A program made the position numbers and the translations under genes. This document shows, piece by piece, positions 52,108-64,000 of a stretch of DNA of 64,000 nucleotides. The notes under the pieces are model-generated. The model saw only the letters and a list, made by a program, of their open reading frames with translations. It made no database searches and was not told the DNA's origin. The stretch is from Octopus sinensis (Eukaryota): contig NC_042997.1 of the NCBI RefSeq assembly GCF_006345805.1, positions 37,138,001 through 37,202,000 of the forward strand. The letters are read 5' to 3'. Position 1 is the stretch's first letter. Each line of letters opens with the position of its first letter.

Positions 52108-53100
52108 GGCGCGGCCCCGCTTCCAAAATTCACTTGTCGGTGACGAAAAATACTATAGTGGAGCAAAAAAGGTATTTTTTACACAGATTTTCGAAATATG
52201 CATTTCAGAATTAAAAATTTTTTTTTGTGGTGAAAACCTTCAAAAATAAGTGTGTTAAAATATGAAGTTCTTAAATCTACATCTTCATGCTCCGCAGTCG
52301 ACTTGGAAACGTGAATAATGAGCGAAAAATCAATTTAAAACACATTTGCCTTTCCTCATTTTATTTTTCATATTTGATATTACGAATCGAAGTTCATTTG
52401 CGAAATCTATTGCAAACAATTTATATTAGAAATAATTTATACTCTACAATTTATAGCTTCAAGCTCCGCAACGCACTTGAGATTTCTAAATTATGTGAAA
52501 TAATTAGACATTTCGACTTTGTTTCCTTTATTATAATTAATACTAGGTCACCGAATATATGTGTTACATGAGGTCTAGATTACACACACATTAAAATAAA
52601 ATCGCGTGTTTGCCAATATTTGTTTCTTCACACATTTTGGTGATAAAAGTAATTAACACTTCACTTCAGTATCCTTTGCTAACGTAGGAGTGTGACTTTG
52701 ACCTGGCCGATTCTTTCTAATCAACCTCTGAACGTTCTGATTAGATACTACTTGATCTATTCCCCCAATGATCATTTTTCGATTTGTCCGTTGATAAACG
52801 ATGGCACATACTTTTCATTTTTCACAGATTTTGGTAATGCTTGAAATATACGATAAATGTTTAAGGTTCTCGGTTTAACTGACTCAATCGTAACACAAGG
52901 GATGGATGCCTTTTGCCAAAGAAGAATTATCTTTTCTGCTACAATCTTGACAATTTGCTTAATTGAAAGATCTATCTTAACCACATATTTTTCTCGTTAA
53001 AAAATTTCGTTTAGTACGTCTTTGTAATTTGGCAAAATTCGCTCGCTAATACCACATGTAGTACCAAATATTCGGCATTCTGTATGGCTTATGTGTCATT
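52108..53100 (-). mobile_element. Deleted DNA transposon with hAT(hATm)-like transposase N-terminus
   Basis: CRIFGTTCGISERILPNYKDVL..KIVAEKIILLWQKASIP..and frameshifted TNRKMIIG at ~53075-52700; assignment from recalled motifs, not a search. Confidence 0.5.
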
Positions 53101-53589
53101 CTTAAATGTAGACAGCATTAAATTTAACACGATTATTAAGTTCAACACAATGGCCTAAAGTCAAAGCACAAAGCAGAAAACTTCACACAAGAATGACATA
53201 CGTCCACACACAACGACTTTTGTAGCAGTACCAAAGAGAAGTTCCCTCTACGGCTCTTTTTATAGTCAATGCGGAACCTTAAGATATTCGGTAATCGTAT
53301 TGGACGTCGGTATGCCAACTTTTAGCGATACTATAATTAACCTTTTGTATTCTGCTATGTAGAAATATATATTTGCTATGACTTATAATACACGGAATCC
53401 GAAATTCGACCAAAAATAACGATTTTAAAAATTTTCGATGATGTTCCAAACGCCGAAGAAATATTTAACCATAAAGTTCTTTATACACCCTTCATTGAAT
53501 CCTAATTCGGAACAAAATATCAATTCTTGATTAGTAATTTCAAAAGTTGCATTTCTGTTCTGGCTTCGGCTACAGAATTCATAGTTTTT

Positions 53590-53890
53590 CTGTCCAAAAG
53601 ATCTTGAAGGCTGCTGAATAAATCATAATGAAATGGGGCAATGCCTTCGTTTCTCACTGATATCGGCGCTTGATATTTTGATAAAGAACTCATTTCTATT
53701 CATAGTCACTATTCGGTCCAAAACAGGTTCATTCGAGATACGTGACAGCAAAGAAGAGCACACATCCACCCCCTGCGTGCGATTAAACTCGGAAAATTTG
53801 TGACCCAATTACATGACTTATTCGATGGCACACATGTATCGTTCAGTAGTTTGATGTGCTATTGTGTTCTTACATTGCGGAACATAGAAC
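53590..53890 (-). mobile_element. Mariner transposase fragment
   Basis: HKFSEFNRTQGVDVCSSLLSRISNEPVLDRIVT corresponds to the WVPHEL..LDRIVTGDE region. Confidence 0.8.
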
Positions 53891-55709
53891 AGTTCTGTGT
53901 GTGTTTGTGTGAGAGTGTGTGTGTATGTATGTGTGTGCGTTTCCTATTATACTGAAACTACCCAATTTTTTATGCGTGCAATTCAGTATGTTCTGTTCAG
54001 GTTTAAGAATTGTGTTACGTTTTGGGGTTTGTTTGCATAATTTTTGTCATAAATCTCTCCTTCTCCTGACATAGGTTAATATGGGAATTTATTTTCTCCT
54101 AAAACTGTTGTAATCTGCATTGTTTAATTTTTAATATTTAGATAAGTTATCGTTATGTTTTGCGAGTAAGTATCGTTTATAAGACATTTGCGAACTTCGA
54201 TTTTTCTGAATTTTGCTGGAGTACGATTTTTTGCATATTTCCAGAAGTTCACTTCGCCTTTTTCCGAAAACTAAATTGCTGTATCTTTATACCTTATGGA
54301 ATTCTGTATCAGAAGATGCTGGCGGCACGATTCCCAGTGTTTTTAATTTTCCAGTTCCATAATGACTGTTGATATATTCACTTTGTAAATACACTGCAGC
54401 CCAAGAAAAAAAAATTAAACTCTGTCTTCCGTATTCCGAGTCATTCATAAGACTCGATATATCGTGTTTTATTTCAATATGTCGTTAGTTTAAAGTGAGT
54501 ACCCTTTAATTCTGAGCTTCAGTCTAAACGCATTTCACACTCAGCTATGTATCCTGCAGTTCAGAACATGTTTTTGCAATGATTCCTTTATCTACCCATC
54601 CAGCTGTTAATCACTTCAGACGCTGGAGTATCATGTCCTCATTGGATCGTTCAAAACTTATTCCTTATATTCCTTGAAACAGTTGTTCGTTTTGTACATG
54701 TGTAGCGGTTTCTTCAATAGGAAGCCGTTGTTCTTTACTGCCTGCTTTTGCAACCTTGCTGTTGATAAAATCTATTTATTTTTTTTTGCTGGAGAACACA
54801 CTTATACCTTGATATTTGAAGTTGCTTTCGTCTTTTGTCTACGTCACATTTTGGACGGTGTATTCAGCATGCAAATAGAGTATATATTTCTTTTGTTCAC
54901 TACACTGTGAAATGTTGGGTATATGTTAACTATAACTCGGTATCATTAAGAAGAGAGATAATCATATTTACACGTCCAACATTCATTCAAGAGTCCCTTA
55001 AGTATTAATTTCCTTTTACTGTCATTGTACTTTCAATCTAAAATCTCGTCAGGTTTATGTATGTACCCACGTACACCCACACACACACATGCCAACATTC
55101 ATTCAGATAAGTATACGTAGAATCATATATACATGCATGCATATATGTATGTATTTGTGTGTACTACATATTGACAGTCTTAGGTATTCTCATATAGATA
55201 TATAGTACTCAGATGCGAGTGATCAGATCTAAAGAAAACGATATTACGAAATGACTTCCGAAGAAGCTTTACGCATTTTCTCTAAAACGTTGGGAAATCA
55301 AATTTTTTCTTTTCATAATTCTACAATAATGTGATTTTAAAATTTTTCCTTGGAGAAAGAAGATAAGTTTGATTTTCTTTCGTGATATGCTTAGCGTAAA
55401 TTACTATAGAATCATATGGAGGCATATCGCAGGGGCTAAACCAATTCCAAGTGGACACTTGCCATTTTCCAAAATTATATGGATCTGTTTACAAATGATT
55501 GTTACGTAATCTGTTTTCTTACTATGGTAGGTATATAAATCTACTCATCTCATTCTATACTTTGAGTTTGTTTCTCATTAACACACCATAATCGATCATG
55601 CACGAGGATACATATATATATTCATACCGATACATAAATGTACATATAAGCATAATAACATGTGTGTACATATATATATATATATGCACATGCGTATATA
55701 TTTCTATAG

Positions 55710-55767
<58 letters not shown>

Positions 55768-56502
55768 GTGTGTGTGTGTATGTATATATGGTGTCTTTAT
55801 GTATGTATATATATATGGGGGAATAGTTTAGAGGGTCATATTTGATACTTATACATATACAAGTATGTGTGTGTCAATGTGTGTGTGGTTGCGTGTGTGT
55901 GTGTGTGTGTATACAATATTCGAGTGTATAATCATATACATATATATACCCTCAAACATTCGCTGCAGAACATTGCATCACACAAGGATTTTAGTGATTT
56001 GGAAGCAAATGGTACTTACATACAAACGCAGGCACATTCGTGTATTTGTTGTTTGTTTGGGATTCGGTGCGTATGTGTGGTTTTCGCTCAATATAAATAA
56101 GTTCACGAATATGGTAATATGAACAGAATAGTGTGATTTGATTTCAGTTATAGTATAAGTTGGGTACGCCATAAAGCAACTCATATATTTCGCACGTATT
56201 GACTCCCCGGTATGTGTTTGTTGCTGCTTATAAATACCTCATATAATTTCTTCGTAGTTCACGGGTTTGTTTATGAGTTATTTTTCGTTTACGACACAAA
56301 TTACATACAATTATCATAATTTCACAGAAATCGATGTTTCGAGTTATCCTTTGTAATTTAAATACATCGAGAATGGATTTCAACAATTTCAGGAATTTTT
56401 TTTTCTATATTTTAGCTGTTTATTCAAAATATTTATCTAGCATTGCAAAACATTGTATTCTAAAACAATTGTTGGCCTTCTAACAAACTGAAATATCATT
56501 CC

Positions 56503-56562
<60 letters not shown>

Positions 56563-56564
<2 letters not shown>

Positions 56565-56663
56565 GGATCGATATTAAATAACAGTGAAACATTGGCATCG
56601 ATGCAATCGACGATTCTCCATCCCCAAAATTCCAGGCCTTGTGACAATAGTAGAAAAGATTAA

Positions 56664-56665
<2 letters not shown>
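56563..56665 (+). mobile_element. SINE tail fragment between (ATT)n tracts
   Basis: GCATCGATGCAATCGAC..CCCCAAAATTCCAGGCCTTGTG resembles the tail type of 29661-29890. Confidence 0.5.
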
Positions 56666-56715
<50 letters not shown>

Positions 56716-57170
56716 GAGTGAGCGAGCAGAGCATGCCATCAAAGTGACACTGGGGTAAAATATACGAAGCCCAGTATAACCATCACGGCTACCCATCTGA
56801 TAGGGGTACACTAGGCACATGCATCACAACCATATGTGCGAGAAACGTGGATCTCATACCAAGTTAAACAGCACATGACCTTGCAGGTGGGAGCCCAGTT
56901 AGAATTTTCTTCTGGTCGAGTAACGCATCCTACTCAAAATGTCCCTGAATAAGGGTTGTTTAAGGATGTTGAACGAAACACCCATGTTTCCAGAGGTGAA
57001 TTATTCAAACCCCAAAGAAATCCCTCTCAACACATGGCTATGATATTCCCCCACTACTTCTGCTCGTGATCAGAGATGCACATATCGTCAGCCACTAAGG
57101 GACATGGTCAACTGGTTAAGGTCAAACAACTGACAAGCAAATCTGTGGTATTCCGCAGATTATTTGCCAT
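56716..57170 (-). mobile_element. SINE/short retroposon body ending in (AAT)n
   Basis: GC-richer 450-bp block with (AAT)n tail at 56664-56715; its 5' part (57129-57168) recurs at 33233-33272. Confidence 0.7.
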
Positions 57171-57208
57171 CTGGTGGTGGTGGTGGTGGTGGTGGTGGTG
57201 GTGGTGGT

Positions 57209-57283
57209 GGTATTCAGGTCACTGCCTGGAATAGAACTCGGAATCTTGGGGTTAGTAGCCCACGCTCTTAACCGCTACGCCAT
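57209..57283 (-). mobile_element. Short tRNA-derived SINE head with (CCA)n tail
   Basis: ATGGCGTAGCGGTTAAG (A box)..GAGTTCTATTCC (B box) then TGAATA(CCA)n; lacks a proper tRNA acceptor stem. Confidence 0.7.
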
Positions 57284-57575
57284 ATTATTTTCCATAAAGG
57301 AAGTAGCAGAGCAGATGCGAAAAATTATAGACTTGTTTCTCTAACTTCCCATGTCAGCAAAATCCTTAAACGCATTGTCAAGAGGAAACTGATTGCGCTC
57401 CTTGAAGATAATGGCTTCCTCTCTGACACCCAGCATGACTTCCGCTCAGGGAAGAACTAGCTTACACAACTTTTGCAGCATTACGACCAGGTGTTGGAAC
57501 AATGAATCGCCTTCACATAGACGCGATACATCCCGGTTTTGCAAAGGCCTTTGATAAGGTTAATTATGCATGGAC
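57284..57575 (+). mobile_element. CR1/L2-type RT fragment
   Basis: HKGSSRADAKNYRLVSLTSHVSKILKRIVKRKL..QHDFRSGK*LTQLL..FAKAFDKV. Confidence 0.85.
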
Positions 57576-60533
57576 TGATAGGTTACAAGCTACAGAGATA
57601 TCTAGATATCAGAAACATAGATCAGGAGCGAAGAGGAGAGATATATGCAGTGATGTATGTAAGGAAGATCTGGAAGGAGCTGGAACAAGGTTTTAGTATT
57701 CTCTTGAGAAAAATACTCAGTCAAAATGTAAGGATTTCAGGGTGTCAAACAGGGTGTCATAGCAATAACAGGTAAGATTTCTAGATATCGGAAACATAGA
57801 TCAGTATCAACAGAGACAAGCAGAGGGGATTTTATCACTAAATATATAGTACTGGAAGTGAGAAGCCTAATGCAGAAGCTAAAACGTTTTGGAGTTATAT
57901 TTAGGATAAACCAGTTAATAATGATGAGGATGCAGCGCCACTAAAGAAAATAAGGGAAGAAATAATTAGTGAGAAGCTGCCAGACGTAAAACTACCAAAT
58001 GCAGTAATGTGTAAAGCGTTATGAAGAATGCCGAATCGTAAGGGCCCAATACCAGATTTAAAGTGTATTGTTTAAAGAAATAATTTAGTAACTTACATGA
58101 AAACTGAAAGAACAGCTACAGGATTGCATGAACGGAGAAGTCACACCTTATTGGATGACTTGTGGAAGACCAGTAATTTTTATGAAAGACAAAAGCAAGG
58201 GTAATATAGCTGGTAATTATAGACCAATGAATTGGTTACCATTAGTGTGAAAGCTGTAAACAGGAACGCTTTTAGAAAGTATAGTTGAGCATCTTGTCAA
58301 CCAGAATTTAATTCCAGAAAAAAAGATGATTTGCAGGAAGAAGGCTACAAAAATGCATGATTATACACAGATAAATCTGTCCTAAATGAAGTGAAATCTA
58401 GAAGGAAAAAAATTAATGTAGCGTAGACAGAATATATGAAAAACCTATGACATGGTTCCCAAATAATGAATTAGGGAATGTTTGAGTGTATTTAGTATTG
58501 TAGACAATATCAGAGATTTAATTAGCTACAGCATGACGAAATGGAAAGTTGATCTTCACTCAGGTGATAAGGCATTGACAAAGTTATTATCAAGAGAGGA
58601 ATTTTGCCGGAAGAATCGTTATCTCCTTTAATATCTGTGTAATGTTCAATCCCTCTCATTTTAAAAGTAATAAAAATAAAACAGCGGATCGGTTTCAAGA
58701 CAGTAAAGGAGAAATTAAGCACTTGGTTTACACGGAGCTTTGTAATAAGAATGAAAAAGCGATAGATCCTGTAATAGAAAACATAAGCCTCTTTAGCGAA
58801 GATAATGGTTTGGAAGTTGGCATAGATTAGTGTGAAATATCTGACATAATGCATTTGGCATACTAGTGAGAAATATTTGTCATGTGGAATTTGAAATAGA
58901 TTAGGGCGAACAATTTGTCATAAAAAGGTACTTGTAGTCAGCAGTGAAGGCATCCAGTTACCGGGTGGCCAGACATTAAAAACCTTGAAAGAAAGTTATA
59001 TCTAGCAGTATTAGAGACTGAAAGAATACTAACTATAGCAATGAAAGAGGAGTCCATCAGCAGAGTGGAGAATCTAATGAAGTCAAAGGTGAATGATATG
59101 AATTTAGTAAAGGAAGTTAATACATGGGGAGTATCGTTCTTTAGATATCCAACAGTTTTTGTTGATTGGAATTCAATATGGATGGACGAGTTCCTCCAAA
59201 AGCAGGAATAGATTGATTGCTTTTATATTAGAAAGGGAAGTGATAGAGGTCTAATATCAATAGATGATTGCATGGCACTTGCTACATTCAGTATGTCTTC
59301 ATGTATATGTAATAGTAAGGAAATGTTATTCAGAGCTGCTATAGTAAGAGTAAGAGATAGAGAAACCAAATGTCCCCGTATTGCTAAAAAACAGGAAAAA
59401 AAGAGGTATGATTATCTGATGTCAAGAGAACGATTTGCATGATAGGTTCCTAAAGACGGTAACAAATAGTAATAGTGAGACATGGTTATTGTTTCAGAAG
59501 GGATAGCCTAAAATAGAGGTAGAAAGTTTATCAAGCATTGAAGACTATTTAAGTAAAAACTATATAATAATAAGAGTAAATAATTTCTTCGATGGTTTTT
59601 CAAAAAACCAACAATTATTTACTGGTAGATTTCGGTATGTAAATATAACCATTAGTGGCAGGCACTTCTGTGAAGTTCAGTACATATTGTATATAAACAG
59701 AAGGGGCAGGCAACAGGTTGCTTAGCCGCATACCGAAAAAATTACAAATAGCAGTCGGAGGCTGTTTATTTCTATTTTCTACAAGTGGGGCTCCACATAC
59801 GACATAACCCTGCAATTCACATATGCAAAACATATGCCTGCACCTTCTGTTTATATTCAGTAAAAACTATGATAGAAGAGAATCAGGTAGATTACCAACT
59901 TAGGTTATGTAAATCAAAAGAGGTTAGTGTAACTCATATAGTTACTGAATGCAGTATGCTGACGCAGAAATAGTACACATTATAAGCAAGGATGAATAAT
60001 CTACTGTGAGTTATGTAGAAAGCTAGGGTTTGACCATATTGATAACTGGTAAGAACATGAACCTATTAAAGCTGTAGAAAGACTAAAATATAAAATGTTG
60101 AGGGATTTTAAAATTCAGAGTGGAAGAGTAATAGAAGCTCGAAGGTTTGATTTAGTAGTAATAGACAATGAGAATAGAAAGTGGCAGGTAACTAACATTA
60201 CTGTTCAAAATGAAGAGGAAATGGATATGAGAGGTATAAAGAAAATGGCAAAGTACCAGGAACTTGCTATTGAGTTACAGGGACTCTCTAAAGTGCATTT
60301 AAAATGTGTTCCTATAGTTGTAGGTGCATTAGCAATCTCTTAAGATTTAAATAGATGGATAGAAGAAATAGGCATAAAATATAATTTAGTGAAGCTCTTG
60401 AAAGCAACATTATTAGGGACCGCCAGGATAAGTAGGCAGGTTCTTGGTATTTATTGTTACTTGTTCCAGCCTGATGTTAGGGTTTCTTTGAAACATTTTT
60501 ATGTGTTGTGATTATTTGTGAAATAATAATAAT
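57576..60533 (+). mobile_element. Old, nearly full-span R4/Dong copy (subfamily D)
   Basis: KDKSKGNIAGNYRP, RGILPEESLSPL, HIVTECSMLTQK, DFKIQSGRVIEARRFDLVVID, VPIVVGAL; ends in (AAT)n at ~60523-60533; many stops. Confidence 0.85.
59691..59856. mobile_element. 166-bp MITE-like insert with 22-bp TIRs
   Basis: ATATAAACAGAAGGGGCAGGCA vs TGCCTGCACCTTCTGTTTATAT (21/22 match). Confidence 0.55.
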
Positions 60534-60580
60534 GATTTTAGAAATATTGAATTTCATCTCAGCTACAAGGCAGGCTACCG

Positions 60581-60622
60581 TGAACTGACGACGAGCAATA
60601 GACTTAGAAACATATGTCTTCA
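60581..60622 (+). ncRNA. Type I hammerhead ribozyme candidate with GUC site
   Basis: TGAA CTGACGA c-gag-caataga-ctt-a GAAA CATATG TC TTCA: stem I TGAA/TTCA, palindromic ACATATGT stem III, canonical core; predicted cut after 60618. Confidence 0.6.
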
Positions 60623-60794
60623 GGTGCCTTGTCCCTGCTTGGTGGGTGATTGCCTCCTCTTTGCAAATATAAGGACAAAGGTGTCAAAGCCGACAGGAGA
60701 CGTCGATGTTTCCTAGGGCTAAATGGCGGTGGTGTAATTCCCTTGCGGGACTGTCACATTGAGTTGACAGTATACGACCACTATAATAATAATG

Positions 60795-61205
60795 ATAATG
60801 GTTTGAAACTTTGGCAGAAGTCCAGTATTTTGGGGAAAGACGTGAGTCGATTATACCAAACTTAGTGCTTCACTTGTACTTCTTTAATTGACTCCGAAAG
60901 AATGAAACGCAAATTGGTTCTAGGTGGTATTAGAACTCAGAACATACAGACGGTCGAAATGCTACTAAGCGCTTTGTCCGGCATGTGAATGATACTGTCA
61001 GATCGCCAACTTAATAGTAACAACAGCAGCAACAACAACGCTAATAATCCTTTCTACTATAGGCGGAAGACATGAATTTTTGTTTTTGTTTTGGAGTGGG
61101 GACAATTCGATTACATCAACCACAGTGTTTCATTGATACTTAATTTATCAACCTCGAAAGAATGAAAAGAAAGTCGAACTCGGCGGAATTTGAACTCACG
61201 TAAAA
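60795..61205 (-). mobile_element. Two adjacent diverged SINE copies (~60795-61010, ~61040-61205)
   Basis: Both show reverse-complement core (..CGAAAGAATGAAA..GTCGAACTCGGCGGAATTTGAACTC) of 29661-29890. Confidence 0.7.
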
Positions 61206-61229
61206 TCCAGAACACGCAAATGTCTAAAG

Positions 61230-62615
61230 AAATTAATTGTGATGAACCTGATAGCGAGGAAAGTGGTAAAGAAGCAATTCTTGAAGACCACACATCCACT
61301 GAAGAGTACAGAGTGTCTGTGATAGAAATGAAGCAGAAAATCCTAAATATTCTTGCAGTAGAAATACCTGACAATATGCATAAGAAAATACCACTTGATA
61401 CACTCTCACATATAATCCAAAATAGAAAAATTAAAACTGGCAACTTCGTTTTAAAAAATCGTACAAGAACCTGATCCCACTGAGTTACACGAAATTATTT
61501 ACGCAGCTGCTGAGACAATTGAAACCAGTTGTATGCCTCTGTAAAAGCAAAGAAATACAAAGCTGGGAAGAATTCCAAACTGAAGAAGTAATACTGAAAC
61601 AGAGATTGACACAATGGGAAGTGAAATATCAATAATAAATTAAGTAATTTATGGAAACGATATAAACTACAGAAAAGGAAGACAAAGGCAGAGAAAATAT
61701 AGATTCTCACCAACAGAAGAACTGCTGTCAGCAAAGGAAACACTACAACAAAAAGGTCTAGCAAAATCTCAGAGAATACTGGGATTTGAGAAGAGAGCCA
61801 AAGTGTACAAGTAGAATAAGCGAAAACATTCTACAGAGAAATAGGCAATGAGAAAACAACCATTGAAGACCCCCTTGCCATGGAAGAGGTTGAAAACTTC
61901 AGGAAAAATATCTGGAGTTATGAAAAGACTTAAAATGAAAAAGCAGACTGGATTACACACGGAAAGGGCCCTACCAAAACTTACCAGAATAAGCATTGGT
62001 AGATATCACAATAGAAGACCTAAGAATGACACTCACGAAGGCTTATGAGTGGAAATCACCTGGTAATGATAGGTTGCCAAATGTCAGGCTTGCATCGTTC
62101 CCGTAATTACACGAAAAGTTAGTTCGCTTAGTCAATGAAATTATAAGCGATCCTATAGAAACATCTAATTGGTTGCAAGAAGATTTACTTATTCTTGAAC
62201 AATAATGAAACCAATTTTCTCCAAAGCTATCGGCCCATAACATGTCTATCCCCAAAGTATAAAATTTTAAAATCTGTTCTCGTGGAGAAAACATACAAAT
62301 TTATTGAACAGAACGATATTTTCCTCACTGAACAAAAAGGGTGCCGACGAGGTTCACATGGATGCAAAGAGCAACTTTTAATCAATCGCATGATCGTTGA
62401 GAACTGACATAACAAACGCAGAGATCTCAGTTACACATCGATTGTGTATTAAAAAAAGGCATTTGACAGCATACTGCATTCAATGATCTTCGAACGAGAG
62501 TGTGGCAAACATTGCGACAGAATGGCCCAACATGACATGGGTAGAATATAAGATATGGAGGCACGGCCATGTTGTAGAGGTTTTACACATGAAACTGTGC
62601 CAGAAATAGAGATGA
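61230..62615 (+). mobile_element. Decayed, internally deleted R4/Dong copy (subfamily C)
   Basis: WKSPGNDRLPN, SYRPITCLSP, EQKGCRRGSHGCKEQLLINRM, KKAFDSILHS, then jumps to ESVANIATEWPNMTWVEYKIWRHGHVVEVLHMKLCQK (knuckle region). Confidence 0.8.
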
Positions 62616-62996
62616 TATGCTTGTGGGATTCGAAAGCACATCCCTTTCCTAACTCGACTATAACTGTTATCATTACACAGGCAAATTAAGCTACCTATTT
62701 TGGCTCAAAATCAATAATTATATTAGATTGTAGTTGTTTTATAAACAATATTTCTATGTTTTCGGTGTGAATGGTTTTGTTATACGGCGCTGGGATTTAC
62801 AATCATTTACAATCATGTAAATATTAATAATGGTATTTATATAAGCCTAAAGCGTAAAGTGATAAACGTGCAGTGACTAAGAAGAATAGTCTAATAATGG
62901 GTCATAGAAACCTTTCACAGAAAGAAGTAAGCTTTGCTATCCGTGTGGGACTCGAGCCCACATCTCTTTGTCAACGCGCCAAAGTGTTTTATATAC

Positions 62997-63106
<110 letters not shown>

Positions 63107-63119
63107 GTATATGACACAC

Positions 63120-64000
63120 CAGAATGAATATCCCCTTCAATCTAGCAAAAAGGATATGTACTATATTTTCTAATGTAAACACCAGAGATACACGACTACA
63201 AGAACTAAAATATATCCTCATCACCAGGAACTGCCCACCTTCACTTATTGACATATGCATTCAATGTGCCCTTCAACTCAGCATCCAGGAACTCAGACAT
63301 TCCAAATTAAAGAAAAATTTACGAACAAAAGCCTTACCATACATCTCCACACACAACCCTCTCAAAATGAAGACTTCGATACCATCCTCCAAAACATACC
63401 CCTGCTAAAAAAAAGACCACAGAATGAACACAATCATCCAAACACACACGATCATAAAAAGAAAGAGACAGCCTAAATCTATGAAAAGTCTCCTAACACA
63501 AGCCCGAATACGCTCATCAACACAGAAGCCGACAGTAAAAAAATGTGGAAGACCCAATTGCGGATATGCGATTATCTAATTGCGGGATCAGAGTTCTCCT
63601 TCAAACAGGGACAACGGTTTAGAGTGAAAAGCAACTTCACTTGTGCTTCGGAGAACTTCATATACACGCCAACCTGCTCTGGGTGTCAAGAGCAATACAT
63701 AGGCCAAACAAAAAATAATTGGCGTGAAAGAATGGCCCTGCACAGATCCCAGATAAAAATTCCCCAAAACAGAAAAATAGCATTCATCCAACATATAGAT
63801 ATTTGCGCCAACAACAAAATACCAAGCTTCAGGATTTTCCCCCTCTACCGATTCAGGGACGATACAACCGCGAGCCAACGAATAAGTAAAGAAACTCTCT
63901 TTATTACAAAATACAGGCCCCTTCTGAACGGGTCTACGGCACACGATATATCCACCTCGGCTTTAGAATAACACAAATCCACACGCAAATATTACGTTCC
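63120..64000 (+). mobile_element. Penelope-like element, RT tail + GIY-YIG endonuclease (runs off window end)
   Basis: ALPYISTHNP, KCGRPNC..CDYL, FTCASENFIYTPTCSGCQEQYIGQTKNNWRERMALH..KETLFITKYRPLLN. Confidence 0.9.

Noticed and set aside
57209-57283. tRNA-like sequences (also 12168-12236 and 62935-62985)
   Set aside because: A/B boxes are present but there is no complete cloverleaf and they run into SINE bodies or tails; these are SINE heads, not tRNA genes.
61309-61350. CTGAAGA..GAAA inside the R4/Dong ORF
   Set aside because: No NUH site with stems I/III; coding-sequence coincidence.

Overview
Eukaryotic, AT-rich, microsatellite-saturated genomic DNA, almost entirely transposable-element debris. 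I could not support any host protein-coding gene, rRNA, genuine tRNA or CRISPR array. The SINE, LINE and MITE families look like those I recall from octopus (coleoid cephalopod) genomes; this is an inference from memory, not a database result. Main contents: (i) at least eight R4/Dong-clade non-LTR retrotransposon copies or fragments, five packed head-to-tail at 42.3-50.0 kb and partly separated by (TAA)n, one (47.3-50.0 kb) with an RT-zinc knuckle-PD..D endonuclease frame broken only by two single-base losses in A runs; (ii) a decayed L1/Tx1-type LINE (19.8-24.5 kb, minus) split by a ~915-bp fold-back element carrying (CCCTAA)n/(TTAGGG)n arms; (iii) several Penelope-like (GIY-YIG/RT) fragments and pseudo-LTR pieces; (iv) Tc1/mariner, hAT-like, Helitron, RTE, CR1 and many tRNA-derived SINE relics. 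The most interesting layer is a set of hammerhead-ribozyme motifs read directly from the sequence: a back-to-back pair in a 122-bp palindrome (38.0 kb), one in each copy of a 360-bp direct repeat that could release a 557-nt retrozyme-like RNA (25.8-26.8 kb), a canonical GUC motif at 60.6 kb, and several weaker candidates. All alignments and folds were done by eye and element boundaries are approximate.
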